A stretch of DNA of 64,000 nucleotides, from the NCBI RefSeq assembly GCF_024521635.1, contig NW_026250409.1, positions 1,116,001-1,180,000 on the forward strand. The letters run 5' to 3'. How positions within the stretch are numbered: position 1 is the stretch's first letter; each line of letters starts with the position of its first letter. A program made the position numbers and the translations under genes. Below are positions 51,206 to 64,000 of the stretch, piece after piece. The stretch comes from Tricharina praecox. Its lineage: Eukaryota. Below the pieces are notes generated by a model. That model saw only the letters and a program-made list of their open reading frames with translations, was not told the origin of the DNA and did no database searches.

Positions 51206-54200
51206 CAGTTGCGGTTCGGTGCGGTAAGGTTCGTTTACGTGGTTTATTTGGTTTTGTTTATCTGGCGAAACGGATGGTGGTTCTGGCCCAATCGATGTTG
51301 GGGGTTTGGCGGGGAGCCGGCGGGGAGCGGGGAGCGGGAGGAGGTACGAAACTGCGGCGGCGGGGGGGGGGGGGGGGGGGGGTAAGTGATCAGGTAGTAG
51401 GTACATATGAGGAGGGGTTTACCGTTTGGGTGTAATAACAAACACATTACATAGATCAAGATCGAGTCTAGATACTCGACTACGGACTCCGGGCTCCGGT
51501 ACCGAGTTGTCGTAATAGTACATACGGCCGCCCCATCGACTACTAGGAGATGATGAATACGAACTCCGACGTCTCGACCATCTCGACCATCTCAAGGCTG
51601 TCGGAAGCAGCCCTAACTACAATGCAAGGTAGAGTACATAGCGGCCAGTCCGATACGAATCACGCCATCTCAAGACCCCATGCAGCCCTGTCCAGTGTCA
51701 GCCAGTCACAATATTAACTAGCATGATGTATCCCGCCGGCCCGAGCAGGGAAAGAGAGAGAGAGATCTTCAGTTTATTTCACATGCAGCCTATCTACATG
51801 GACTATGGCGAAGGCTCAAGAAGGGAGGGAGTTTCTGTTGCTATTGCCGGCTCTACTGTTGCCGGCTCATGCAATGATCAATCATGATCGAGCCCGCAGC
51901 GGAATTTCGGAAAGGACATTCTCCGTTCCTGTATGTCTGGAGGTGATGGGGTATTTTTGCCGGGTGGGCCAGGCACTGCCGGCTGTACCGTATTCGGCTC
52001 GTGGACTGGATTCTGGAGCGCCGAATCCATGCTACCTACTCTAAGTTAGTGAGTCTAGTTAGCCCCGCTGCGTAGCGATAAGCGGCAGGCTTCAGATCGG
52101 GAATGTTTAGTCTAGCCCCGCTTTGAACTCAAATGTTTCACCCCCACACGGGCCCACGCCCGCCTGCGAGATGAGACGCGGCATGGACTTGCTGATTACT
52201 CTTCCATGAGATGGGGCATTGAGGCCTGCTCTCACAGCCGCTCGCTTCCCCACCGCTCCCTCACTGCTCGTCCACCGCTCTCCCGCCGCTTCCTATGATG
52301 CTAGCTACATCATTTCCACTAGTACACCTCCCGTCATCGATAATATAGGCTCATTCTTCAACTAGGGCCGTCCTAGACGTCGATTTGTTTCAGCCGTCCT
52401 TCGTCAATTATCACACACGGTTCGGCGTGGATAATGCTGATGAGAATAAATACGCCGTCATCGACATTATGGGATATTCCTCATCGAGGTAGTAGGGCCT
52501 GCCGTAATGCACTTATACTTGTTCTACTAGTCGTTGGCGAGTGCTGATGCACTTCTCAGGAGTCAGCACGGTCTTGCTCCGGGAGAGAGTGGAAAGCAAT
52601 TCTGGAACTTGAAGATATATATCGTGGCGTTCTCAGTCAAAGATCCTGCACACCGTTCATTATGTCTCCCCAGCCTCGATTTCCAACGACTATATCGGCT
52701 CATCAAAAACCAGCAACTCGGAATCGGAATACCTTAGGTACCTAGCTTTCCTTGCCAAAATCAACATGTTAATGTTTTAGATCGTCACGAAGGGTAGCAA
52801 ACAGGGGGAAAAACAAATGGGTAGTACAATGGAAAGTGGACCTTCTTCCTCGATAAATGGGCCGTCCTCGACTCCTCGGGTAAGCAGACAACTTGCAGCC
52901 TCCGACGGCGGATTTCTCTTCAAGAACTAGTGACTAACCGTTATCTATCAGGCTCAGTTCATCCGATGCAACATCCAGACTCCATAGTAACCAGATGCCG
53001 AGTGTGAAGAGGCTCACTTGGTCCCAAATCCCGATATATCCCGTGGGCCGAACGCTGTGGCACCCACCGACCAACGAGTACTGAGCTTCTCCTACACAGT
53101 GCACACCAAGCCCCTGACGTCCTATCATCGATGCACCACCGGTCATAGTCCGAGTCTGGACTTTTGACCATCATCTGACGTGTGAGGACCCCCGGTACCA
53201 CAATTGTTTCCCGAACCAGGTCGAGTGTCCTAGTTGATACTTTCGGACCTGCCAGGGACAGCACTCGCTCACCCAAGCACTACCAAGCACTATTCGGATC
53301 GAATTGAGTCTTGAATTGTCTCAAGATATATGTCAGGCCCTACGGCCGCATCAAAAATTCCGGCCAGATATAGATATACCTATAAAGCTTAGCACCCCAC
53401 ATACCGGTACTACTGTCCCATGGACCCATGAAGTTGGTACCTGGTACCTACCTCGATGGGTCCGGTGAGATTCTATTATATCCCGGAATTTCCCCCTGCG
53501 GCTTGCCATGCGAGCTTCTATTTTATTCCAGCCAGGAATCCCCCTCTGCCAATGATGCATCATGCAACAGACTAAATTGAATCCACAGTGTACATAGGCT
53601 GTAGCTAACTCGAGCTCACCTCCTTGCTGTGGTCCGTGCACCGCCACGAACTGCAAAATACTAACAATGCACATAGGCACAGTCAGATAGTTCGTTCGGT
53701 ACCTGGATTACGCCAGTCTGACGAAGATCTTAACTCAACTCACTCAATTCACAATCCAGTGCAATGACCGTCGACAACAAACCGAAGAGAAGAGATCTAT
53801 TACCAGCAAATACAGCCTCAGTGCCTCAGTACCTCGCCTCGGAGCCCCCGTGTGGGCCGGGTATCGATCATACCACAACCACCACCACCACCATGGGCAA
53901 TATCGACCGAGGTTGGCCCTCGGGGCGGGAAGGGTTAGGGCTTCTCGAATCTCTAGTGACTACTGACCAGGCGTCCAAAAATAGAAGTTGCCAGCCACTG
54001 CCAAACGGCCTTGCATTAGCATATCATATAAACGGCAGTGCCGCAGTGCACACTACATAGCACAGCCATCGACGCAGTGTACACTGTACTCTACATATAC
54101 GTACCTAATGTATGCGAACTCCATCACCGTAGTTAGAACTTAACTAGCAGCCACTTAGATTTGACGTCTCACGCACTGAGACTTTATAGTAGGTACATAC

Positions 54201-56836
54201 TCAGACAATGTTTGTGCAGTGTCGGCCCACTTCTGCCACTGGGTCCGTGGCTCTAATCTGGGTGGGCACATATCCCGGACTTTCGTTCTTTGTATGTACC
54301 GTTCGCGGGTGGGGGTGGGGGTGGGGGTGGGGTTATGTCTATATTCTTTCTACCCACACTTCTACATTTATTGGATATCGAGTATTCAGATTTCGAACTT
54401 GACATTCCGTGGTGTGAACCCGATGGGATATAGACAGATCAATCATGATAGACAAACAAGTGAAATGATAGCCTATCCTACAGGTTCCGACAAAGATGGC
54501 GTGTACATGCGGAGGTACCTATCCATACTCCACCCCTCTCGGGGTGTGTGAATTGTTTGTTTCCCGCCGTGACTTGTAAGAATGTGCCACTGCTGCGTTG
54601 CAGGACCGTGCGCGCGTTCACGGTGCATATGTACCTACCTCGATAAACCTGAAACCTGAAACCTCGCGAGAAAAAACAACGCAACACCAGCAGCTGCATA
54701 TTCTCTACCTAAAAATTGAAGTAGGTATGCAGTAAGGTGACAGGTCACGGCTGGTTCCGCGCATTCTCCTGGTTTCCTTCGGCCTTCGGAGCGACCTGCC
54801 CTTCTTGAGTTTCAGAAAACCTTATACCGGTGGGCAGGCCGCGGGATTGCAGCTGCGTGGTGAACCGTGAGCGGAAGGCTACCAGCAGTCCCTCTTTTGT
54901 CGTGTACCCTATCCGAGAGCCCGGGAATCGGGATAGAGGTTAAGGTTGAAGTTGTGACTCGTTAGCAGTGAAGACCAAGACTAATACCATGATTCAAGGA
55001 TTGAGGAGCGAGTTTTGAGGAGCTTGGGACCAAGAACTGGAGAGCCCTGGGACCTGTAGTCTTCTGTTATCAGCCTGCGAAGCAACCTCCGCAGTGACAG
55101 CTGCCCGCCCAACCACGACGGAGGCGGGCGGGCCCGCGGAGAAGTCGGGATTATTTGGTATCCCCCCACCACATCCGACCGGTCCTTCCGAATGGGGCCA
55201 TCGTATTGTCATATGCTTGTCAGCACTGCGTCCAATCAATCAATGCATATCCATCCCCCCACCCACCCCCCACCCACCCCCCCCCATCTCCTCCACCCCC
55301 CTTTGCTCCAACGGCAACAAGCAACAACAAGGTAAAAGGGTGGGGGGCAGGAACTCTTATCTCCTTTCGCTCGCAACGTACTCTATGTAGGGCGGTAACT
55401 TACTCTATATACTCTACTCTATTTAGGCAACTACCGGTGGAGCGTCGCAATCTGGGATTGTGGGCGGGAGCCTACCGACCTACCTACCGAGCGACCGGGT
55501 AAAGAACCTGGGTGCGGGGATGGTGGGCGCTGGTTGATTGGTAACTAATCGCGGAAATAGGGAGGGTTTGGGTTTGCTCCTGAGTAATGGAACGGGCTTA
55601 GGGGACCGTCTGGGAGTTGTGTTAGTTGAAGATGTGGCGGGTTGATGTCGTGTGGTGCGGTGTCACAGAATATCACTCGGTGCTTGCTTTCACTCACTCA
55701 TTCGTGGGTGTTGGAATTTGGAATGGTCGTCACGCTTGGTACCTGTTGCCGTCACTTCACCGCTCGAATAAAATGGCGCTGCTGAGGCTGAGTGCGCTGT
55801 TGCACCTTGTTAATGCCGTACGATTCTAAACCGTCCATCTTGTGCCTCGGATTTACATCCTCTCCAGATAGATATAAGTTGAGGACCGTGGTAGCCTGGC
55901 GGGCCCGATATCATAATAGATACCAGTGCATTTTATGAAGTCACAATGGTTCCAGAGAGTGGCAGTTAGGCTGTGGAGGACATGCTGCCTGGTACCTCGT
56001 GTGTACCGCGGCAGTCCCTATGGGCACGGGCGGGAATGATAAGTGTATGTAGATATGATATGTACCGTAGCGAAGTGCACCCTAATCCGAGCTTACGGCA
56101 GTTGGCAGTTGGCAGACAGCCCACATACAGCCCACATACATACAGGCCCACCAGCCTTGCCGGCGGGATCCTACATACGAGAAAGTGCAAGTGCTAGTAC
56201 CAAGTAATGACCTACAGTTAATTTAGAAGTCCCGCTAGCAGATCCGCCGGCGTGGCTCGTGAGCAAGTGAGCAAGCGCACCGATCCCGCAATAAGCGGGG
56301 AGGGGGGACCTAGGTTCCCAAGTCGTCCGAACGAAGCTTTGCAGCAGTGCAGCCAACTAGAGTCTAGCAGACCCATAAGGCGTAAGCCCCTTGGGCGTAT
56401 CACCTGTCATATCCGTGCAGAATGCCGCCGCTAAGGATATCCACCCTAGGTAGGTAGGAAGTAGGTACCTCGGTCATCGCGAATCACACGACGACGACGA
56501 CGACGAACAAAACCTCCATCGAAAAAAAGGGGAAACATCGCACTGCGTGACTGCGGCCGTCTAATAGGTAGGTACCTTGGTACGTGCAGCAGCTTGGTCA
56601 CTCGAGTACTCGATTTTCTACATACTGCCATAGGTATCACTCAATAAGTTACAATACCTTCACCCTTCCCCACCTTTTCCAGTTTTCACCACCTGGAAAA
56701 CCGGACATCCTGGGAAACATGGGCAACATAGACAACTAGCGATCGTTGGATTCTGAAACGTTGGAACGCTGGCGGCCAGAGTCTTGCCTCGCTCAGCTGT
56801 TGCAGCGGCAGCAGCAGCGACAGTGTTGTTATTCTT

Positions 56837-56917
56837 GTGGTTGTGCTCGTGGTTGTGCTCGTAGTTGTGCTCATGGTTGTGCTCGTGGTTCTGCTCGTGG
56901 TAACTCTCGTGGTTGTG
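56837..56917. repeat. 12-bp tandem repeat (GTGGTTGTGCTC), about 7 copies
   Basis: Direct reading; would encode HEHN repeats on the minus strand. Confidence 0.85.
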
Positions 56918-57849
56918 GGTTTGATCATTACGTAGACATTTATCATTGATGGTCTTTTTTGAGAGAACAATGAGCGATGTAGGTAGTTCAAGAAGTCTAA
57001 ATCTGGAGTACGAGGTGTCATTGAGGTGAAGTTGGTCGCTTTGTCGCAGCTGCCAAACTTCTTTGATAACCACTACCACCGCCACCACCACAACAACAAC
57101 AAAACTCACTCAAGATCACTCGCTCAATATCCCTGCAATTAGTGGTGGTAGTGGACCTGTAGGTCGCATTCTCTGGGACAGTGGACATGGACACAGAAAC
57201 GGTGTGTATATTGCCATGATCCAGTTAGGTCGCATGTACTCTAATGGATGATTGCCCCCCAAAAAAACCCCTGTAGTGTAAGTCGCAAAAAAGGTTTATA
57301 TCGATGCGGTTATAAGGTCTATACTTCAGTCGTCCTAGATGGGCAGCATTCGGGGCATACGTTGGGCTAGTATCACTGTCGAGCACTCGACGATCGAACG
57401 GTCACTCAACTATTACCTGAATTTTTGTTCGCACCTAGGTAACTAACTCTCGGATACTCTGGGTGACTGCTTCCAATTGCTCCAACGACCAATAACCCTA
57501 AGTATAGCAGAGCACCACCTTGCTCACGCCCCTTCAAACCGCTGCCATAACCTCGATCGCCACCCCCCTTATCTCCTATAGTGCGTATTGCCGACCCGGA
57601 AGCGGCGATTCTTGAGCCTTTCCGTCGCGAGTCCGTAGCGACAAAAGTTGGCCGACCGTATCGAAGCTGCGGTGGGACGGAAAAGGCTTCGCCGAACTGC
57701 GAGTGAGGGCATGAGTGGCCATTCACGAATATACCGTGATAAGACGAAATAAATTTGTGGGAAGTAGAGTACTTACCTAGTTAGTGGCCGTAGTTTTCGA
57801 GGTCGTCCGTGATATTGTGGCTGAAAATGGCGGATATACGAGCCTTGTA

Positions 57850-58850
57850 TATCGTGCCGGGCAATTTCCCGAAGAGAGAGCGAGAGCGACAATTGTATCA
57901 CCTAGTAATCTAGCCTGAGCCGGTGACAACGGTATATAATCAGGACATATCCATCATACGGAGAAGATAAGGGAGATTGCGGCCTGCGCCGAGGAAGCGA
58001 GTGGCGGAGGTGGCTGAGCTAGTTCCAACGTAGGTGATAAACGGGCAGAATCCAAGACGAGGTCCATGTCGGTCAAGTCATTGAGTAAAAATCGCCTTTC
58101 CGAACGGCAATAGTTACGAAGTAGGTTTGCAGATAGCCCTCCACCGTCTCAATTGCAACATCAACAGCCTATTCAGCGGGGTATCCGAACACCCCCCCGT
58201 CGAAATTCAACAGGATGCCAGCGAAACACTCTATGCATCCTCCGGCAAAGCGTCCGATACTCTACCTCCAAGATTTCCAGCAACAGCCCTCCAACTTCCT
58301 CCTGCTCTTTCCCCGAAAGCTCTCCATCACAATCGCCACCGCATGAGGCACAACTTCGCTTGTCAACAGCACCCACAAGTAACCGTCGGTCTGTCGCCTC
58401 CCCAGTCGGTTCCCGAACGCTTGCAAGTTGCAATAACACTACCCTCCCGAATTTCTTGCACAAATATAGCCCAGCAGCGACATGGATCGTGTTATCGAGA
58501 TTCGATACATGAGATCCAGATCCAGCCGCAGACATCGCAGCAATCTCGACTCTCCAGTTAGCGGTATTGACGATGGCAGTAGCCGCACTGAGCGTGGTGA
58601 TGCCGCCTTTTGACATTGCGATCTCGTCGTGGCCAGCGCCGCAAATGCCATTGAACCGCCGCCTCGGATCCAACACCGACGTGGGAGTTTGAAAGTTCAC
58701 GGTAGAGAATACCGCCGCCTCGGATCCAACACCGACGTGGGAGTTTGAAAGTTCACGGTAGAGAATACCGCCGCCAGTGACAACCGCCGTCAGTCCAAAC
58801 GACATGTAGAGTGTTTCGGAGGCTAGCGAACAATTACCTACAATTCTGAG
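57850..58850 (-). pseudogene. Decayed zinc-macrodomain / SirTM-like fusion (Mfs1-type) pseudogene
   Basis: Across frameshifts and stops, in the expected order: VIVR*PP, KGGITTLSAATAIVNTAN, SRLLRC, H..LDNTIHVAAG, EPTGEA, TDGY, LEGC, SLASC*ISTG/VFGYPAE*AVDVAIETVEGYL, then YVLI..LSPAQ/LDY. Confidence 0.7.
58655..58775. repeat. Exact 56-bp tandem duplication inside the pseudogene
   Basis: ACCGCCGCCTCGGATCCAACACCGACGTGGGAGTTTGAAAGTTCACGGTAGAGAAT at 58655 and 58711, followed by a 9-bp ACCGCCGCC remainder. Confidence 0.95.
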
Positions 58851-60902
58851 AAGATGACCATGTCCTGTTCCGGGGGCGAGATACCGGGGTTACTATTCAG
58901 TGGGCAGTCTCCATACAGGTTACTACTCCCACTCGAGTTCACCTTGCCACTCTTCCGACACGACTCGGAGGTTGGTGCGAATGAGAGAAGGAGTGAACTT
59001 GATTCCCACGGCCGCGGCCGCATAAGTTTCATAATGGGGAGTCGCTCGGTCCGAATATCGGTATTTATGAAAAAGCGGTCGCACGTGGAGGAAAACCCAT
59101 GTCTCGGCTTGTGGCAGAATACATAGAGTATTTTCCCGGGCCGTTCCACAGAATTCTTCGCCGCCGCCGCGCTTTACCTGTCCCCTCGTTGCCGGCGCCA
59201 GCCAAGCGTCCGGCCCGGGACTCGGCGAGTCGAGCCAAAACTTGGAAAGTCACCTTGATGTCAGTCTCGTACCAGCCGGAACCGAACACCCCTATGTATC
59301 CCCTCCATACCTCCGGAAATCGACACCGAGTCGCATCCACGTGATCATCCGCCTTGTCGGGATTCGATTAATCACACGGCTTCATCGACTCGGTCAACAG
59401 GTGGAAATTCGGCGGTTTTCTGTGCTGACAATGGGTAGGACTGTGGAGGGTTGCTCCCTGCGGCAATGACTCGGGGTTGAACGACGAGATAGATATTGTA
59501 CGTAGGAACTGTAGTGCTCAATAGTAACTGTGGGTCTAGATACGACATGATCCACTCTACAATCGGGGAACCTCAAGTTAGATATGAGCGTTCGAGTGAG
59601 ATGTTGTGCATCTAGACGTGGAAATCAAGTACCTGTTCCAAGAAGTATTTACCATGAAGCCTAGCAATTCCCATCCAGCTTTCCCTCAACACAACCACAT
59701 AAAACCCTCAGGACTCGCCATCAGGCCTAGAACCTGTAAGCCAGCCCTGCTTACTGCGAACACAGCGCCAAATGTCTTTTATTCTTTCTTGGTTCTCTCA
59801 GTCATCGCACTCTTCAGCTATACAGCCTGCCTACTCTTAGGTTAACGAGCCATTCACACTCGTTCTTATCTCCCACGGCTTAGTAGATGCACCAGGCTCC
59901 AGCTGGTCGTGGGTCTGGGTGAAAACCCTCGCTTGAGGCGCGGATTCCCTCCGTCATACCAGTACCGCCCCTCACAACTTCCTCCCCTCGTGACAGACAT
60001 ATCCTATTCCCAGCAATAACCTCAGTCGCCACCACCATCCCCCCTTTCTTCTTTCTGCCTACCATCAGCACACCTAGTGATCTCTTACGGCATCCGCACC
60101 AGACTCCAGCTCTGCCGCCAGTATTCAACTTGTCATGTGAGACTCACGCCAACATCAATACCATCCCATATCCCGCGCGTATGTAGGGAGTTACCCACAT
60201 CTCGGCAAAGAATACCGCAGCGCACCTTCCGAGCGGTGTATGCATATATGTATTATGTACCTATGTCGGAGCTCATTCCGTTATCCTGCCATCCTAGCCA
60301 TCCTAGCCCTCCTATATAGCCACGGTACTGAGAGATGAGCAACAACCACGGTTCTCATGAGCTATGTATGTCGCAACGCGGAACGCGGAATGCAGCACTG
60401 CATGCGGCTTCAACGAGCAGCGCATACAGACGCCGTGGGAGAAGAATAAGGAGGCGCCCCAACCATGTGACCAGGATGGCATGGGCGTTTCTGCCCGATG
60501 AACTCGTGGCTGGAATAGAATACTAGTAGATAGCGGGAACTACAGAGCTGGGTCCATCAAGCTCCGCTTCAGCCTTCAGCACTGCCCGTGCCACTGGTGA
60601 TCCCCCTCTCCCTCCCCCACCCCCGCCCCCACACACACCCAGTACATCTTCCGTCCGAAAACCAGGCTGCCGTCGTCGAACATCCACTCTGTGTCCAATC
60701 TCTCTCTCTCGATGGACAGTGGGGGTCTACGACAAGTTGGCAAGTTGCTGGTTCTTCGTTCCGTTCCGTCCGTTCGGGGATGTATGCAGAACTGGTCAGC
60801 TGCGCCTTGCTTAGATGTTCCATCATGTAGAGAACGAGGACGAGTCCGAAATAGACTGAGACTGAGACTGAGACTGAGATAAGCGGTTCAATGTGGATTC
60901 TA

Positions 60903-60999
60903 TGGTTGCTTTGGTTGTTTTGGTTGCTTTGGTTGTTTTGGTTGCTTTGGTTGTTTTGGTTGCTTTGGTTGCTTTGGTTGCTTTGGTTGCTTTGGTTGC
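60903..60999. repeat. 9-bp minisatellite (TGGTTGYTT), about 11 copies
   Basis: Direct reading. Confidence 0.92.
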
Positions 61000-63900
61000 G
61001 CGAGTAGGGCGTCGGGCGGGTCGCCGGTCAGGTCGCCGGGCGGCCGCGGGATTCGTAACGTATCTATGGACCTGCGATATCGGATGCTGGCAGTGGAGTG
61101 GACGATGGAGAGATGGAATTCGGGGGAGCGTGAGGTGGATGATGTATCATACCGTCAAGAGAACCTACATACAGGTAACTATGTTCAAGAGGAAAGACTG
61201 GGAAGACTAAAGCACTCGCCACGATGAACGTCCCAAGATGCATATCATACCGATACCACAGAGCCCTACAACTACTATACTAACCACAGTCTACCGGTAC
61301 CTAGTGGGCTTCCACATCTCACACGTTCCCCATAACGATGGCAGCAGGGAGAACCCAACTTCCGGAGACGAGCCTGCTGCGTAGCAGCGTGGGTATGAAG
61401 CCAGCCAATCAGCACGCCCCCTCCGGCAGATTTTCATCCAACTATGTATCGTACAGTACATTTTGATCAGCAGAATCTTGGTTGTTGGCTCTGGTCTTCG
61501 AATGAGCACCACGGGGGAGCGGATTATGTGATATCTATAGTACATACTGGAAATAATCAATCCCCAGCAGCAACCAGGACAACGGCAAGATTACGTTCTG
61601 GAGAACTCGAGCTGTGGGGTAGACTGTAGTGATCACTGGTCACTGGTCTCCAAGAATGCCGGGAGTCGGGACCGCGGAGTGCCTTGTAGTTAGATACTCG
61701 AACGGGGTCTGTCTGTCCGTCCTCCGGCACGCTTGTGCTGCTGGTCCCAAGGTATTCCAGGGCAGCCGGAGGACCGCATATGCAGCCAGTCCCCGCCTCC
61801 AGCCTCGACGGGCTCTAGCTGAATAGACGATTACTACGATATCGATAGCTTGATAGCTTGAACCATGGGATTCCCGCAGTCCTGGGTTCGGCCACCTGTT
61901 TGATCATCCATCACTCATTCAGCCAGTCACCACCCCTCCCCCGCATCCCATCCCATCTCATCCAATCCAATCCAATCCAATTCTGTCGTGCGCAAGCGCA
62001 AGCGGAAGCGGGGGGCACGGGGGGAGGATCAATGATTTGTTTGGATGAAACGTGGAGTCTTGGATTCAGGATTCAGGATGCACGCGACCACCGGCCAGAA
62101 AGCCTTGGAATGCTCCCAGGGTTTTCAGCAGCTACATAGATATCGCAGTTCAGACAAACAGACAGTTCTTCCAACAGTAAACTGCGTGGTCTGCTCGGTT
62201 GTTATTTTCTTTGTGGGACGGGGGAGAGGGGGATGGGGGGCATTTACATAAACCAACAGTCCCCCAGCTGCTTCTTGGCGGATGCGCTGAGGCTGTTGAA
62301 TGGTAGTTAGCTATGAGGTCTGTATATTAATGGCGGGCAGGTCACAGAACGAAGGGACTGCGCCATCCATATGGTATGGTCGCTTCCACTGCCGCTGCCG
62401 GCCTCTGGACTCATGTATGTAATTACCTACAATGTGGAGCCACCTATGTACCGTAGATTAGCTGTTGGATTCCAGCGGAATAGCCGTCAACCCGCACTCC
62501 AACCGTCGAACGGGCCGGTTGACGTTGTTGTTGTTGTTGTTGTTATTGTTGTTGTTGTTGGGGACACTGTGTCATTCATTCCTCACCCTGACTCCGCCGC
62601 CGCCGCTCACCCACTGACTTGGAGCCGTACATACATTGTATTTACTTATGTAGAGTACATAACACTATATCTGTAACCACCGACACCCGCCCCACCCCAC
62701 CCCATCCATGTCTGGGCTTAATATCCCAATCGAGCACACTATTTCTCACTGATCCCGGTGCATATCCTTTCGCGGTGAAGTGGTCATTCCGCACTCGCAG
62801 GCGGAAGCAACCACAGCTACCATACCTGCTCTAACCTACCCGGCCGCCCCCATCCTCCCTTTGTTTCGGCAGCAATCCTGGATGAAGCCGTAGTATTTTC
62901 ACAGCTGCGGCTGTTGGTGGAATCCTCGTTGCTAGAGTACATACCATGATCGAGTGTCGCGATCGCGATTAACCTCTGACATCTGGTACATATACCCATA
63001 GTAGGTAGAACACCCAGCCTAAGTACCGTATGTAGCCCGCTATATGTGCTTCTGATCAAAGGATCGATGTCCGCAGTCTGCCGTACCGCAAACGTTCGAC
63101 CGTTGACATCTCGCATACGAACACTCAGCACCGGGATAGAGTAGAGCAGAGTACAGTATCTACACTGCGAAAGCCCACCTGCACCCAGCAGTAACTGACC
63201 GTCCCATGTGACGGCCCCGTCCCATCTGCGGTCCACCAGCCAGCTCGCATCGTCGCAGGCCAGGGCAGGGAGCAAAAACCCCACGCTTCGGTTCAGGACA
63301 TATGTCCGTCCATCCATCACCCATCGCAGGAGACCGTCGGTAGGAAGTAGTTGAGGCTTCATGCTTGCTTTTTTGCCGTCGGGCTGATATCCATGGTCCA
63401 TGGGTGCACAGTAACAGTGCGGGTACTCTACCGTGTGCGATGATTGATCTCAGCCCCCCTCTTTCCATCCCATCCCATCCCATCCCTGGGCGTAAAACGC
63501 ATCGGATGGATCATGGAGTGGGAGGGATGAGTGGGATAGATACCGTAAGCCATGATGACTTTGCCACCAGGTTCATGACGGCTTCTGTCCTGTCCAGTCC
63601 GCATCGCTGGTATCAGGTATCGATGCGGCCGTGCCCACTGCTCACTGCCCACGCTTCTGGTCTAGTGAGATGTACATAACGGCCCACTATCCTATCTGAC
63701 GGCCACCGGCGGGGAAGGAGCAGAATGGACAAGTATATGAGACCATCGACCGCAAACGGCCGTACATATCATACAATATAAGTGGTACAGGCGAGTGACA
63801 ATATCGAGTCCAAACCTTAACTTCTTCATCCTCGTCGTCCTCGTCGTCGGACCCGAGTTTGTCCGTCCGTGGGATAGTTACTCTAACTACAGACTTGGCC

Positions 63901-64000
63901 GTGTATAAGGCTGGAGCTATGCATATACTCTACCTAGTACTGCGCTGCTAGAGCCGTCCGGAGTTGCACGTCGAAACCTCGCTCCCTGAGCCCTCCCTCA

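Noticed and set aside
56660..57109. 149-aa minus-strand ORF with HEHN repeats
   Set aside because: Non-ATG start and open mainly because of microsatellites; no domain or splice support.
57493..57501. TAACCCTAA, a telomerase-RNA-template-like 9-mer (also on the minus strand at about 1907-1915)
   Set aside because: A given 9-mer is expected about 0.5 times by chance in 64 kb on two strands, and no pseudoknot or CR4/5 element could be recognised.
48322..60999. Tandem repeats as CRISPR-like arrays
   Set aside because: No unique spacers and a eukaryotic context; these are simple micro- and minisatellites.

Overview
Eukaryotic, intron-containing fungal DNA (filamentous ascomycete type: short GT-AG introns with CTRAC-type branch sites). 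Conserved housekeeping genes: Sld7-like, mitochondrial LeuRS, an intron-containing tRNA-Gly(GCC), AVT1-like transporter, MED6, MOD5, CAF16, ELP2, GDP-mannose transporter, a TDP1-family phosphodiesterase, an SDR and an F-box/WD40 protein. The most distinctive content is an expanded family of seven small secreted 8-Cys CFEM-like genes (nine domains; two genes have two domains), hidden from the ORF track by introns. They sit in two clusters (6.6-11.0 kb and 26.1-32.6 kb) related by inverted duplication, and share promoter motifs and 3' UTRs. The family shows Asp/Glu/Lys variation at the inferred heme-ligand site, a GC-donor intron, intron gain/loss and signs of gene conversion. The gene-poor last 13 kb holds a heavily decayed zinc-macrodomain/SirTM-like (Mfs1-type) pseudogene. 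Also present: an orphan zinc-knuckle gene, a candidate hAT-type MITE and a candidate solo LTR. All exon models and family assignments were made by eye; no database search was run.
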